Below are positions 1 through 13,400 of a DNA stretch of 64,000 bases, one piece after another; positions within the stretch are counted from its first letter, which is position 1; every line of letters starts with the position of its first letter. Both the position numbers and the translations under genes were made by a program. The notes under the pieces were generated by a model that was not told the DNA's origin, did not search any database, and saw only the letters and a list, made by a program, of their open reading frames with translations. The stretch is from Eledone cirrhosa (taxonomy: Eukaryota): assembly GCA_964016885.1 (NCBI GenBank), contig OZ024741.1, positions 415,028,001 to 415,092,000 on the forward strand, given 5' to 3'.

Positions 1-2038
1 CACCTATTTCCGTTCAAACCAGCCATATCTGCCCAGAATTCCCTCACCTCTTTCTGTTCAAAGCAGCTGTATCTGACCAGAATTCTCTCACTTCTTTCTG
101 TTCAAACCAGCTGTATCTGCCCAGAATTCCCTCACCTCTTTCTGTTCAAACCAGCTGTATCTGCCCAGAATTCCCTCACCTCTTTCTGTTTAAACCAGCT
201 GTATCAGACCAGCATTCCCTCACCTCTTTCTGTTCAAACCAGCTGTATCTGGCCAGAATTCCCTCACCTCTTTCTGTTTAAACCAGCTGTATCTGGCCAG
301 AATTCTCTCACTTGTTTCTGTTCAAACCAGCTGTATCTGGTCAGAATTCTCTCACTTATTTCCGTTTAAACCAGCTGTATCTGTCCAGATTTCTCTCACT
401 TCTTTTTATTCAAACCAGCTGTATATGACCAGAATTCTCTCACTTCTTTCTGTTCAAACCAGCTGTATCTGCCCAGAATTCCCTCACCTCTTTCTGTTCA
501 AACCATCTGTATCTGACCAGAATTCCCTCTCCTCTTTCTGTTTAAACCATCTGTATCTGCCCAGAATTCTGTCACTTCTTTCTGTTCAAACCAGCTGTAT
601 CTGACCAGAATTCTCTCACTTCATTCTGTTCAACCCAGCTGTATCTGACCAGAATTCTCTCACCTCTTTCTGTTGAAACCAGCTGTATCTGCCCAGAATT
701 CCCTCACTTCTTTCTGTTCAAACCAGCTGTATCTGCCCAGAAATCCCTCACCTCTTTCTGTTTAAACCAGCTGTATCTGGCCAGAATTCCCTCACTTCTT
801 TCTGTTTAAACCTTCTGTATATGCCCACAATTTTCTCACCTCTTTCTGTTCAAACCAGCTGTATCTGACCAGAATTCTCTCACCTATTTCTATTCAAACC
901 AGCCATATCTGCCCAGAATTCCCTCACCTCTTTCTGTTCAAACCAGCTGTATCTGACCAGAATTCTCTCACTTCTTTCTTTTCAAACCAGCTGTATCTGC
1001 CCAGAATTCTCTCACCTCTTTCTGTTCAAACCAGCTGTATCTGCCCAGAATTCCCTCACCTCTTTTTGTTCAAACCAGCTCTATCTGACCAGCATTCCCT
1101 CACCTCTTTCTGTTCAAACCAGCTGTATCTGACCAGAATTCTCTTGCCTCTTTCTGTTCAAACCAGCTGTATCTGCCCAGAATTCCCTCACTTCTTTCTG
1201 TTCAAACCAGCTGTATCTGCCCAGAGTTCCCTCACCTCTTTCTGTTCAAACCAGCTCTATCAGACCAGCATTCCCTCACCTCTTTCTGTTCAAACCAGCT
1301 GTATCTGGCCAGAATTCCCTCACCTCTTTCTGTTTAAACCAGCTGTATCTGGCCAGAATTCTCTCACTTGTTTCTGTTCAAACCAGCTGTATCTGGTCAG
1401 AATTCTCTCACTTATTTCCGTTTAAACCAGCTGTATCTGGCCAGATTTCTCTCACTTCTTTTTATTCAAACCAGCTGTATCTGCCCAGAATTCCTTCTCC
1501 TCTTTCTGTTCAAACCAGCTGTATCTGACCAGAATTCCCTCTCCTCTTTCTGTTTAAACCATCTGTATCTGCCCAGAATTCTGTCACCTCTTTCTGTTCA
1601 AACCAGCTGTATCTGCCCAGAATTCCCTCACCTCTTTCTGTTTAAACCTTCTGTATATGCCCAGAATGTTCTCACCTCTTTCTGTTCAAACCAGCTGTAT
1701 CTGACCAGAATTCTCTCACTTCATTCTGTTCAAACCAGCTGTATCTGACCAGAATTCTCTCACCTCTTTCTGTTCAAACCAGCTGTATCTGCCCAGAATT
1801 CCCTCACTTCTTTCTGTTCAAACCAGCTGTATCTGCCCAGAAATCCCTCACCTCTTTCTGTTCAAACCAGCTGTATCTGCCCAGAATTCTCTCACCTCAT
1901 TCTGTTCAAACCAGCTGTATCTGCCCAGAATTCCCTCACCTCTTTCTTTTCAAACCAGCTGTATCTGACCAGAATTCTCTCACTTCTTTCTGTTAAAACC
2001 AGCTGTATCTGGCCAGAATTCTCTCACTTCTTTCTGTT
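1..2038 (+). repeat. Block duplicated at 10600-12637 (offset 10,599) and 15484-17521
   Basis: Identical pseudo-ORFs at 1066/11665/16549 and 1368/11967/16851. Shared rare variants (cacctatttccgtt, gttgaaacc, gcccacaatttt, gttaaaacc). 10,599 = 241x44 - 5, matching five 43-bp monomers in between. The match breaks at about 2039. Confidence 0.9.
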
Positions 2039-2039
2039 T

Positions 2040-5000
2040 AAACCTTCTGTATATGCCCAGAATTTTCTCACCTCTTTCTGTTCAAACCAGCTGTATCTGC
2101 CCAGAATTCCCTCACTTCTTTCTGTTCAAACCAGCTGTATCTGCCCAGAATTCCCTCACCTCTTTCTGTTCAAACCAGCTGTATCTGACCAGAATTCTCT
2201 CACCTATTTCTGTTCAAACCAGCCATATCTGCCCAGAATTCCCTCACCTCTTTCTGTTCAAACCAGCTGTATCTGACCAGAATTCTCTCACTTCTTTCTG
2301 TTCAAACCAGCTGTATCTGACCAGAATTCTCTCACCTCTTTCTGTTCAAACCAGCTGTATCTGCCCAGAATTCCCTCACAGCTTTCTGTTCAAACCAGCT
2401 GTATCTGCCCAGAATTCCCTCACCTCTTTCTGTTTAAACCTTCTGTATATGCCCAGAATTTTCTCACCTTTTTCTCTTCAAAGCAGCTGTATCTGCCCAG
2501 AATTCCCTCACTTCTTTCTGTTCAAACCAGCTGTATCTGCCCAGAATTCCTTACCTCTTTCTGTTCAAACCAGCTGTATCTGGCCAGAATTCCCTCACCT
2601 CTTTCTGTTCAAATCATCTGTATCTGTCCAGAATTCTCTCACTTCTTTCTGTTCAAACCAGCCATATCTGCCCAGAATTCCCTCACCTCTTTCTGTTCAA
2701 ACCAGCTGTATCTGACCAGAATTCTCTCACTTCATTCTGTTCAACCCAGCTGTATCTGACCAGAATTCTCTCACCTCTTTCTGTTCAAACCAGCTGTATC
2801 TGCCCAGAATCCCCTCACTTCTTTCTGTTCAAACCAGCTGTATCTGCCCAGAAATCCCTCACCTCTTTCTGTTTAAACCAGCTGTATCTGGCCAGAATTC
2901 CCTCACTTCTTTCTGTTTAAACCTTCTGTATATGCCCAGAATTTTCTCACCTCTTTCTGTTCAAACCAGCTGTATCTGCCCAGAATTCCCTCACTTCTTT
3001 CTGTTCAAACCAGCTGTATCTGCCCAGAATTCCCTCACCTCTTTCTGTTCAAACCAGCTGTATCTGACCAGAATTCTCTCACTTCATTCTGTTCAACCCA
3101 GCTGTATCTGACCAGAATTCTCTCACCTCTTTCTGTTCAAACCAGCTGTATCTGCCCAGAATTCCCTCACCTCTTTCTGTTCAAACCAGCTGTATCTGAC
3201 CAGAATTCTCTCACCTATTTCTGTTCAAACCAGCCATATCTGCCCAGAATTCCCTCACCTCTTTCTGTTCAAACCAGCTGTATCTGACCAGAATTCTCTC
3301 ACTTCTTTCTGTTCAAACCAGCTGTATCTGTCCAGAATTCTCTCACCGCTTTCTGTTCAAACCAGCTGTATCTGCCCAGAATTCCCTCACCTCTTTCTGT
3401 TTAAACCTTCTGTATATGCCCAGAATGTTCTCACCTCTTTCTGTTCAAAGCAGCTGTATCTGCCCAGAATTCCCTCACTTCTTTCTGTTCAAACCAGCTG
3501 TATCTGCCCAGAAATCCCTCACCTCTTTCTGTTCAAACCAGCTGTATCTGACCAGAATTCTCTCACCTCTTTCTGTTCAAACCAGCTGTATCTGCCCAGA
3601 ATTCCCTCACTTCTTTCTGTTCAAACCAGCTGTATCTGCCCAGAAATCCCTCACCTCTTTCTGTTTAAACCAGCTGTATCTGGCCAGAATTCCCTCACTT
3701 CTTTCTGTTTAAACCTTCTGTATATGCCCAGAATTTTCTCACCTCTTTCTGTTCAAACCAGCTGTATCTGCCCAGAATTCCCTCACTTCTTTCTGTTCAA
3801 ACCAGCTGTATCTGCCCAGAATTCCCTCACCTCTTTCTGTTCAAACCAGCTGTATCTGACCAGAATTCTCTCACCTATTTCTGTTCAAACCAGCCATATC
3901 TGCCCAGAATTCCCTCACCTCTTTCTGTTCAAACCAGCTGTATCTGACCAGAATTCTCTCACCTATTTCTGTTCAAACCAGCCATATCTGCCCAGAATTC
4001 CCTCACCTCTTTCTGTTCAAACCAGCTGTATCTGACCAGAATTCTCTCACCTATTTCTGTTCAAACCAGCCATATCTGCCCAGAATTCCCTCACCTCTTT
4101 CTGTTCAAACCAGCTGTATCTGACCAGAATTCTCTCACTTCTTTCTGTTCAAACCAGCTGTATCTGCCCAGAATTCTCTCACCTCTTTCTGTTCATACCA
4201 GCTGTATCTGACCAGAATTCTCTCACTTCTTTCTGTTCAAACCAGCTGTATCTGACCAGAATTCTCTCACCTCTTTCTGTTCAAACCAGCTGTATCTGCC
4301 CAGAATTCCCTCACCTCTTTCTGTTTAAACCTTCTGTATATGCCCAGAATTTTCTCACCTTTTTCTCTTCAAAGCAGCTGTATCTGCCCAGAATTCCCTC
4401 ACTTCTTTCTGTTCAAACCAGCTGTATCTGCCCAGAATTCCTTACCTCTTTCTTTTCAAATCATCTGTATCTGCCCAGAATTCTCTCACTTCTTTCTGTT
4501 CAAACCAGCCATATCTGCCCAGAATTCCCTCACCTCTTTCTGTTCAAACCAGCTGTATCTGACCAGAATTCTCTCACTTCATTCTGTTCAACCCAGCTGT
4601 ATCTGACCAGAATTCTCTCACCTCTTTCTGTTCAAACCAGCTGTATCTGCCCAGAATTCCCTCACTTCTTTCTGTTCAAACCAGCTGTATCTGCCCAGAA
4701 ATCCCTCACCTCTTTCTGTTTAAACCAGCTGTATCTGGCCAGAATTCCCTCACTTCTTTCTGTTTAAACCTTCTGTATATGCCCAGAATTTTCTCACCTC
4801 TTTCTGTTCAAACCAGCTGTATCTGCCCAGAATTCCCTCACTTCTTTCTGTTCAAACCAGCTGTATCTGCCCAGAATTCCCTCACCTCTTTCTGTTCAAA
4901 CCAGCTGTATCTGCCCAGAATTCCCTCACCTCTTTCTGTTCAAACCAGCTGTATCTGACCAGAATTCTCTCACCTATTTCTGTTCAAACCAGCCATATCT

Positions 5001-8000
5001 GCCCAGAATTCCCTCACCTCTTTCTGTTCAAACCAGCTGTATCTGACCAGAATTCTCTCACTTCTTTCTGTTCAAACCAGCTGTATCTGTCCAGAATTCT
5101 CTCACCGCTTTCTGTTCAAACCAGCTGTATCTGCCCAGAATTCCCTCACCTCTTTCTGTTTAAACCTTCTGTATATGCCCAGAATGTTCTCACCTCTTTC
5201 TGTTCAAAGCAGCTGTATCTGCCCAGAATTCCCTCACTTCTTTCTGTTCAAACCAGCTGTATCTGCCCAGAAATCCCTCACCTCTTTCTGTTCAAACCAG
5301 CTGTATCTGACCAGAATTCTCTCACCTCTTTCTGTTCAAACCAGCTGTATCTGCCCAGAATTCCCTCACTTCTTTCTGTTCAAACCAGCTGTATCTGCCC
5401 AGAAATCCCTCACCTCTTTCTGTTTAAACCAGCTGTATCTGGCCAGAATTCCCTCACTTCTTTCTGTTTAAACCTTCTGTATATGCCCAGAATTTTCTCA
5501 CCTCTTTCTGTTCAAACCAGCTGTATCTGCCCAGAATTCCCTCACTTCTTTCTGTTCAAACCAGCTGTATCTGCCCAGAATTCCCTCACCTCTTTCTGTT
5601 CAAACCAGCTGTATCTGACCAGAATTCTCTCACCTATTTCTGTTCAAACCAGCCATATCTGCCCAGAATTCCCTCACCTCTTTCTGTTCAAACCAGCTGT
5701 ATCTGACCAGAATTCTCTCACTTCTTTCTGTTCAAACCAGCTGTATCTGACCAGAATTCTCTCACCTCTTTCTGTTCAAACCAGCTGTATCTGCCCAGAA
5801 TTCCCTCACAGCTTTCTGTTCAAACCAGCTGTATCTGCCCAGAATTCCCTCACCTCTTTCTGTTTAAACCTTCTGTATATGCCCAGAATTTTCTCACCTT
5901 TTTCTCTTCAAAGCAGCTGTATCTGCCCAGAATTCCCTCACTTCTTTCTGTTCAAACCAGCTGTATCTGCCCAGAATTCCTTACCTCTTTCTGTTCAAAC
6001 CAGCTGTATCTGGCCAGAATTCCCTCACCTCTTTCTGTTCAAATCATCTGTATCTGTCCAGAATTCTCTCACTTCTTTCTGTTCAAACCAGCCATATCTG
6101 CCCAGAATTCCCTCACCTCTTTCTGTTCAAACCAGCTGTATCTGACCAGAATTCTCTCACTTCATTCTGTTCAACCCAGCTGTATCTGACCAGAATTCTC
6201 TCACCTCTTTCTGTTCAAACCAGCTGTATCTGCCCAGAATCCCCTCACTTCTTTCTGTTCAAACCAGCTGTATCTGCCCAGAAATCCCTCACCTCTTTCT
6301 GTTTAAACCAGCTGTATCTGGCCAGAATTCCCTCACTTCTTTCTGTTTAAACCTTCTGTATATGCCCAGAATTTTCTCACCTCTTTCTGTTCAAACCAGC
6401 TGTATCTGCCCAGAATTCCCTCACTTCTTTCTGTTCAAACCAGCTGTATCTGCCCAGAATTCCCTCACCTCTTTCTGTTCAAACCAGCTGTATCTGACCA
6501 GAATTCTCTCACTTCATTCTGTTCAACCCAGCTGTATCTGACCAGAATTCTCTCACCTCTTTCTGTTCAAACCAGCTGTATCTGCCCAGAATTCCCTCAC
6601 CTCTTTCTGTTCAAACCAGCTGTATCTGACCAGAATTCTCTCACCTATTTCTGTTCAAACCAGCCATATCTGCCCAGAATTCCCTCACCTCTTTCTGTTC
6701 AAACCAGCTGTATCTGACCAGAATTCTCTCACTTCTTTCTGTTCAAACCAGCTGTATCTGTCCAGAATTCTCTCACCGCTTTCTGTTCAAACCAGCTGTA
6801 TCTGCCCAGAATTCCCTCACCTCTTTCTGTTTAAACCTTCTGTATATGCCCAGAATGTTCTCACCTCTTTCTGTTCAAAGCAGCTGTATCTGCCCAGAAT
6901 TCCCTCACTTCTTTCTGTTCAAACCAGCTGTATCTGCCCAGAAATCCCTCACCTCTTTCTGTTCAAACCAGCTGTATCTGACCAGAATTCTCTCACCTCT
7001 TTCTGTTCAAACCAGCTGTATCTGCCCAGAATTCCCTCACTTCTTTCTGTTCAAACCAGCTGTATCTGCCCAGAAATCCCTCACCTCTTTCTGTTTAAAC
7101 CAGCTGTATCTGGCCAGAATTCCCTCACTTCTTTCTGTTTAAACCTTCTGTATATGCCCAGAATTTTCTCACCTCTTTCTGTTCAAACCAGCTGTATCTG
7201 CCCAGAATTCCCTCACTTCTTTCTGTTCAAACCAGCTGTATCTGCCCAGAATTCCCTCACCTCTTTCTGTTCAAACCAGCTGTATCTGACCAGAATTCTC
7301 TCACCTATTTCTGTTCAAACCAGCCATATCTGCCCAGAATTCCCTCACCTCTTTCTGTTCAAACCAGCTGTATCTGACCAGAATTCTCTCACTTCTTTCT
7401 GTTCAAACCAGCTGTATCTGACCAGAATTCTCTCACCTCTTTCTGTTCAAACCAGCTGTATCTGCCCAGAATTCCCTCACAGCTTTCTGTTCAAACCAGC
7501 TGTATCTGCCCAGAATTCCCTCACCTCTTTCTGTTTAAACCTTCTGTATATGCCCAGAATTTTCTCACCTTTTTCTCTTCAAAGCAGCTGTATCTGCCCA
7601 GAATTCCCTCACTTCTTTCTGTTCAAACCAGCTGTATCTGCCCAGAATTCCTTACCTCTTTCTGTTCAAACCAGCTGTATCTGGCCAGAATTCCCTCACC
7701 TCTTTCTGTTCAAATCATCTGTATCTGTCCAGAATTCTCTCACTTCTTTCTGTTCAAACCAGCCATATCTGCCCAGAATTCCCTCACCTCTTTCTGTTCA
7801 AACCAGCTGTATCTGACCAGAATTCTCTCACTTCATTCTGTTCAACCCAGCTGTATCTGACCAGAATTCTCTCACCTCTTTCTGTTCAAACCAGCTGTAT
7901 CTGCCCAGAATCCCCTCACTTCTTTCTGTTCAAACCAGCTGTATCTGCCCAGAAATCCCTCACCTCTTTCTGTTTAAACCAGCTGTATCTGGCCAGAATT

Positions 8001-8270
8001 CCCTCACTTCTTTCTGTTTAAACCTTCTGTATATGCCCAGAATTTTCTCACCTCTTTCTGTTCAAACCAGCTGTATCTGCCCAGAATTCCCTCACTTCTT
8101 TCTGTTCAAACCAGCAGTATCTGCCCAGAATTCCCTCACCTCTTTCTGTTCAAACCAGCTGTATCTGACCAGAATTCTCTCACTTCATTCTGTTCAACCC
8201 AGCTGTATCTGACCAGAATTCTCTCACCTCTTTCTGTTCAAACCAGCTGTATCTGCCCAGAATTCCCTCA
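2040..8270 (+). repeat. HOR family 1: 1,671-bp (38-monomer) unit in about 3.7 tandem copies, the second a rearranged 1,759-bp (40-monomer) variant
   Basis: Pseudo-ORF starts at 2053, 3724, 5483, 7154 (spacing 1671, 1759, 1671) and 3416, 5175, 6846. Each unit has one 43-bp monomer (AATTCCTTACC), so 1671 = 38x44 - 1 and 1759 = 40x44 - 1. Confidence 0.88.
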
Positions 8271-10499
8271 CTTCTTTCTGTTCAAACCAGCTCTATCAGA
8301 CCAGAATTCCCTCACCTCTTTCTGTTCAAACCAGCTGTATCTGGCCAGAATTCCCTCACCTCTTTCTGTTTAAACCAGCTGTATCTGGCCAGAATTCTCT
8401 CACTTGTTTCTGTTCAAACCAGCTGTATCTGGTCAGAATTCTCTCACTTATTTCCGTTTAAACCAGCTGTATCTGGCCAGATTTCTCTCACTTCTTTTTA
8501 TTCAAACCAGCTGTATCTGCCCAGAATTCCCTCACCTCTTTCTGTTCAAACCAGCTGTATCTGCCCAGAATTCTCTCACCTATTTCTGTTCAAACCAGCC
8601 ATATCTGCCCAGAATTCCCTCACCTCTTTCTGTTCAAACCAGCTGTATCTGACCAGAATTCTCTCACCTATTTCTGTTCAAACCAGCCATATCTGCCCAG
8701 AATTCCCTCACCTCTTTCTGTTCAAACCAGCTGTATCTGACCAGAATTCTCTCACTTCTTTCTGTTCAAACCAGCTGTATCTGCCCAGAATTCTCTCACC
8801 TCTTTCTGTTCAAACCAGCTGTATCTGACCAGAATTCTCTCACTTCTTTCTGTTCAAACCAGCTGTATCTGACCAGAATTCTCTCACCTCTTTCTGTTCA
8901 AACCAGCTGTATCTGCCCAGAATTCCCTCACCTCTTTCTGTTTAAACCTTCTGTATATGCCCAGAATTTTCTCAGCTTTTTCTCTTCAAAGCAGCTGTAT
9001 CTGCCCAGAATTCCCTCACTTCTTTCTGTTCAAACCAGCTCTATCAGACCAGCATTCCCTCACATCTTTCTGTTCAAACCAGCTGTATCTGGCCAGAATT
9101 CCCTCACCTCTTTCTGTTTAAACCAGCTGTATCTGGTCAGAATTCTCTCACTTATTTCCGTTTAAACCAGCTGTATCTGGCCAGATTTCTCTCACTTCTT
9201 TTTATTCAAACCAGCTGTATCTGCCCAGAATTCCCTCACCTCTTTCTGTTCAAACCAACTGTATCTGACCAGAATTCTCTCACTTCTTTCTGTTCAAACC
9301 AGCTGTATCTGCCCAGAATTCTCTCAACTCTTTCTGTTCAAACCAGCTGTATCTGCCCAGAAATCCCTCACCTCTTTCTGTTTAAACCAGCTGTATCTGA
9401 CCAGAATTCTCTCACCTCTTTCTGTTCAAACCAGCTGTATCTGCCCAGAATTCCCTCACTTCTTTCTGTTCAAACTAGCTGTATCTGCCCAGAATTCCCT
9501 CGCCTCTTTCTGTTCAAACCAGCTGTATCTGACCAGAATTCTCTCACCTATTTCTGTTCAAACCAGCCATATCTGCCCAGAATTCCCTCACCTCTTTCTG
9601 TTCAAACCAGCTGTATCTGACCAGAATTCTCTCACTTCTTTCTGTTCAAACCAGCTGTATCTGACCAGAATTCTCTCACCTCTTTCTGTTCAAACCAGCT
9701 GTATCTGCCCAGAATTCCCTCACAGCTTTCTGTTCAAACCAGCTGTATCTGCCCAGAATTCCCTCACCTCTTTCTGTTTAAACCTTCTGTATATGCCCAG
9801 AATTTTCTCACCTTTTTCTCTTCAAAGCAGCTGTATCTGCCCAGAATTCCCTCACTTCTTTCTGTTCAAACCAGCTGTATCTGCCCAGAATTCCGTACCT
9901 CTTTCTGTTCAAACCAGCTGTATCTGGCCAGAATTCCCTCACCTCTTTCTGTTCAAATCATCTGTATATGCCCAGAATTCTCTCACTTCTTTCTGTTCAA
10001 ACCAGCCATATCTGCCCAGAATTCCCTCACCTCTTTCTGTTCAACCCAGCTGTATCTGACCAGAATTCCCTCACCTCTTTCTGTTCAAACCAGCTGTATC
10101 TGCCCAGAATTCTCTCACTTCATTCTGTTCAACCCAGCTGTATCTGACCAGAATTCCCTCACCTCTTTCTGTTCAAACCAGCTGTATCTGACCAGAATTC
10201 TCTCACTTCATTCTGTTCAACCCAGCTGTATCTGACCAGAATTCTCTCACCTCTTTCTGTTCAAACCAGCTGTATCTGCCCAGAATTCCCTCACTTCTTT
10301 CTGTTCAAACCAGCTGTATCTGCCCAGAAATCCCTCACCTCTTTCTGTTTAAACCAGCTGTATCTGGCCAGAATTCCCTCACTTCTTTCTGTTTAAACCT
10401 TCTGTATATGCCCAGAATTTTCTCACCTCTTTCTGTTCAAACCAGCTGTATCCGCCCAGAATTCCCTCACTTCTTTCTGTTCAAACCAGCTGTATCTGC

Positions 10500-13400
10500 C
10501 CAGAATTCCCTCACCTCTTTCTGTTCAAACCAGCTGTATCTGCCCAGAATTCCCTCACCTCTTTCTGTTCAAACCAGCTGTATCTGACCAGAATTCTCTC
10601 ACCTATTTCCGTTCAAACCAGCCATATCTGCCCAGAATTCCCTCACCTCTTTCTGTTCAAAGCAGCTGTATCTGACCAGAATTCTCTCACTTCTTTCTGT
10701 TCAAACCAGCTGTATCTGCCCAGAATTCCCTCACCTCTTTCTGTTCAAACCAGCTGTATCTGCCCAGAATTCCCTCACCTCTTTCTGTTTAAACCAGCTG
10801 TATCAGACCAGCATTCCCTCACCTCTTTCTGTTCAAACCAGCTGTATCTGGCCAGAATTCCCTCACCTCTTTCTGTTTAAACCAGCTGTATCTGGCCAGA
10901 ATTCTCTCACTTGTTTCTGTTCAAACCAGCTGTATCTGGTCAGAATTCTCTCACTTATTTCCGTTTAAACCAGCTGTATCTGTCCAGATTTCTCTCACTT
11001 CTTTTTATTCAAACCAGCTGTATATGACCAGAATTCTCTCACTTCTTTCTGTTCAAACCAGCTGTATCTGCCCAGAATTCCCTCACCTCTTTCTGTTCAA
11101 ACCATCTGTATCTGACCAGAATTCCCTCTCCTCTTTCTGTTTAAACCATCTGTATCTGCCCAGAATTCTGTCACTTCTTTCTGTTCAAACCAGCTGTATC
11201 TGACCAGAATTCTCTCACTTCATTCTGTTCAACCCAGCTGTATCTGACCAGAATTCTCTCACCTCTTTCTGTTGAAACCAGCTGTATCTGCCCAGAATTC
11301 CCTCACTTCTTTCTGTTCAAACCAGCTGTATCTGCCCAGAAATCCCTCACCTCTTTCTGTTTAAACCAGCTGTATCTGGCCAGAATTCCCTCACTTCTTT
11401 CTGTTTAAACCTTCTGTATATGCCCACAATTTTCTCACCTCTTTCTGTTCAAACCAGCTGTATCTGACCAGAATTCTCTCACCTATTTCTATTCAAACCA
11501 GCCATATCTGCCCAGAATTCCCTCACCTCTTTCTGTTCAAACCAGCTGTATCTGACCAGAATTCTCTCACTTCTTTCTTTTCAAACCAGCTGTATCTGCC
11601 CAGAATTCTCTCACCTCTTTCTGTTCAAACCAGCTGTATCTGCCCAGAATTCCCTCACCTCTTTTTGTTCAAACCAGCTCTATCTGACCAGCATTCCCTC
11701 ACCTCTTTCTGTTCAAACCAGCTGTATCTGACCAGAATTCTCTTGCCTCTTTCTGTTCAAACCAGCTGTATCTGCCCAGAATTCCCTCACTTCTTTCTGT
11801 TCAAACCAGCTGTATCTGCCCAGAGTTCCCTCACCTCTTTCTGTTCAAACCAGCTCTATCAGACCAGCATTCCCTCACCTCTTTCTGTTCAAACCAGCTG
11901 TATCTGGCCAGAATTCCCTCACCTCTTTCTGTTTAAACCAGCTGTATCTGGCCAGAATTCTCTCACTTGTTTCTGTTCAAACCAGCTGTATCTGGTCAGA
12001 ATTCTCTCACTTATTTCCGTTTAAACCAGCTGTATCTGGCCAGATTTCTCTCACTTCTTTTTATTCAAACCAGCTGTATCTGCCCAGAATTCCTTCTCCT
12101 CTTTCTGTTCAAACCAGCTGTATCTGACCAGAATTCCCTCTCCTCTTTCTGTTTAAACCATCTGTATCTGCCCAGAATTCTGTCACCTCTTTCTGTTCAA
12201 ACCAGCTGTATCTGCCCAGAATTCCCTCACCTCTTTCTGTTTAAACCTTCTGTATATGCCCAGAATGTTCTCACCTCTTTCTGTTCAAACCAGCTGTATC
12301 TGACCAGAATTCTCTCACTTCATTCTGTTCAAACCAGCTGTATCTGACCAGAATTCTCTCACCTCTTTCTGTTCAAACCAGCTGTATCTGCCCAGAATTC
12401 CCTCACTTCTTTCTGTTCAAACCAGCTGTATCTGCCCAGAAATCCCTCACCTCTTTCTGTTCAAACCAGCTGTATCTGCCCAGAATTCTCTCACCTCATT
12501 CTGTTCAAACCAGCTGTATCTGCCCAGAATTCCCTCACCTCTTTCTTTTCAAACCAGCTGTATCTGACCAGAATTCTCTCACTTCTTTCTGTTAAAACCA
12601 GCTGTATCTGGCCAGAATTCTCTCACTTCTTTCTGTTCAAACCAGCTGTATCTGACCAGAATTCTCTCACCTCTTTCTGTTCAAACCAGCTGTATCTGCC
12701 CAGAATTCTCTCACCTCTTTCTATTCAAACCAGCTGTATCTGGCCAGAATTCTCTCACTTCTTTCTGTTTAAACCAGCTGTATCTGGCCAGAATTCTCTC
12801 ACCTCTTTCTGTTCAAACCAGCCGTATCTGCCCAGAATTCCCTCACCTCATTCTGTTCAAACCATCTGTATCTTACCAGAATTCCCTCTCCTCTTTCTGT
12901 TTAAACCATCTGTATCTGCCCAGAATTCTGTCACTTCTTTCTGTTCAAACCAGCTGTATCTGCCCAGAATTCCCTCACCTCTTTCTGTTTACACCTTCTG
13001 TATATGCCCAGAATTTTCTCACCTCTTTCTGTTCAAAGCAGCTGTATCTGCCCAGAATTCTCTCACTTCTTTCTGTTCAAACCAGCCATATCTGCCCAGA
13101 ATTCCCTCACCTCTTTCTGTTCAAACCAGCTGTATCTGACCAGAATTCTCTCACTTCATTCTGTTCAAACCAGCTGTATCTGACCAGAATTCTCTCACCT
13201 CTTTCTGTTCAAACCAGCTGTATCTGACCAGAATTCTCTCACCTCTTTCTTTTCAAACCAGCTGTATCTGCCCCGAATTCTCTCACCTGTTTCTGTTCAA
13301 ATCAGCTGCATCTGGTCAGAATTCTCTCACTTCTTTCTGTTTAAACCAGCTGTATCTGGTCAGAATTCTCTCACTTCTTTCTGTTCAAACCAGCTGTATC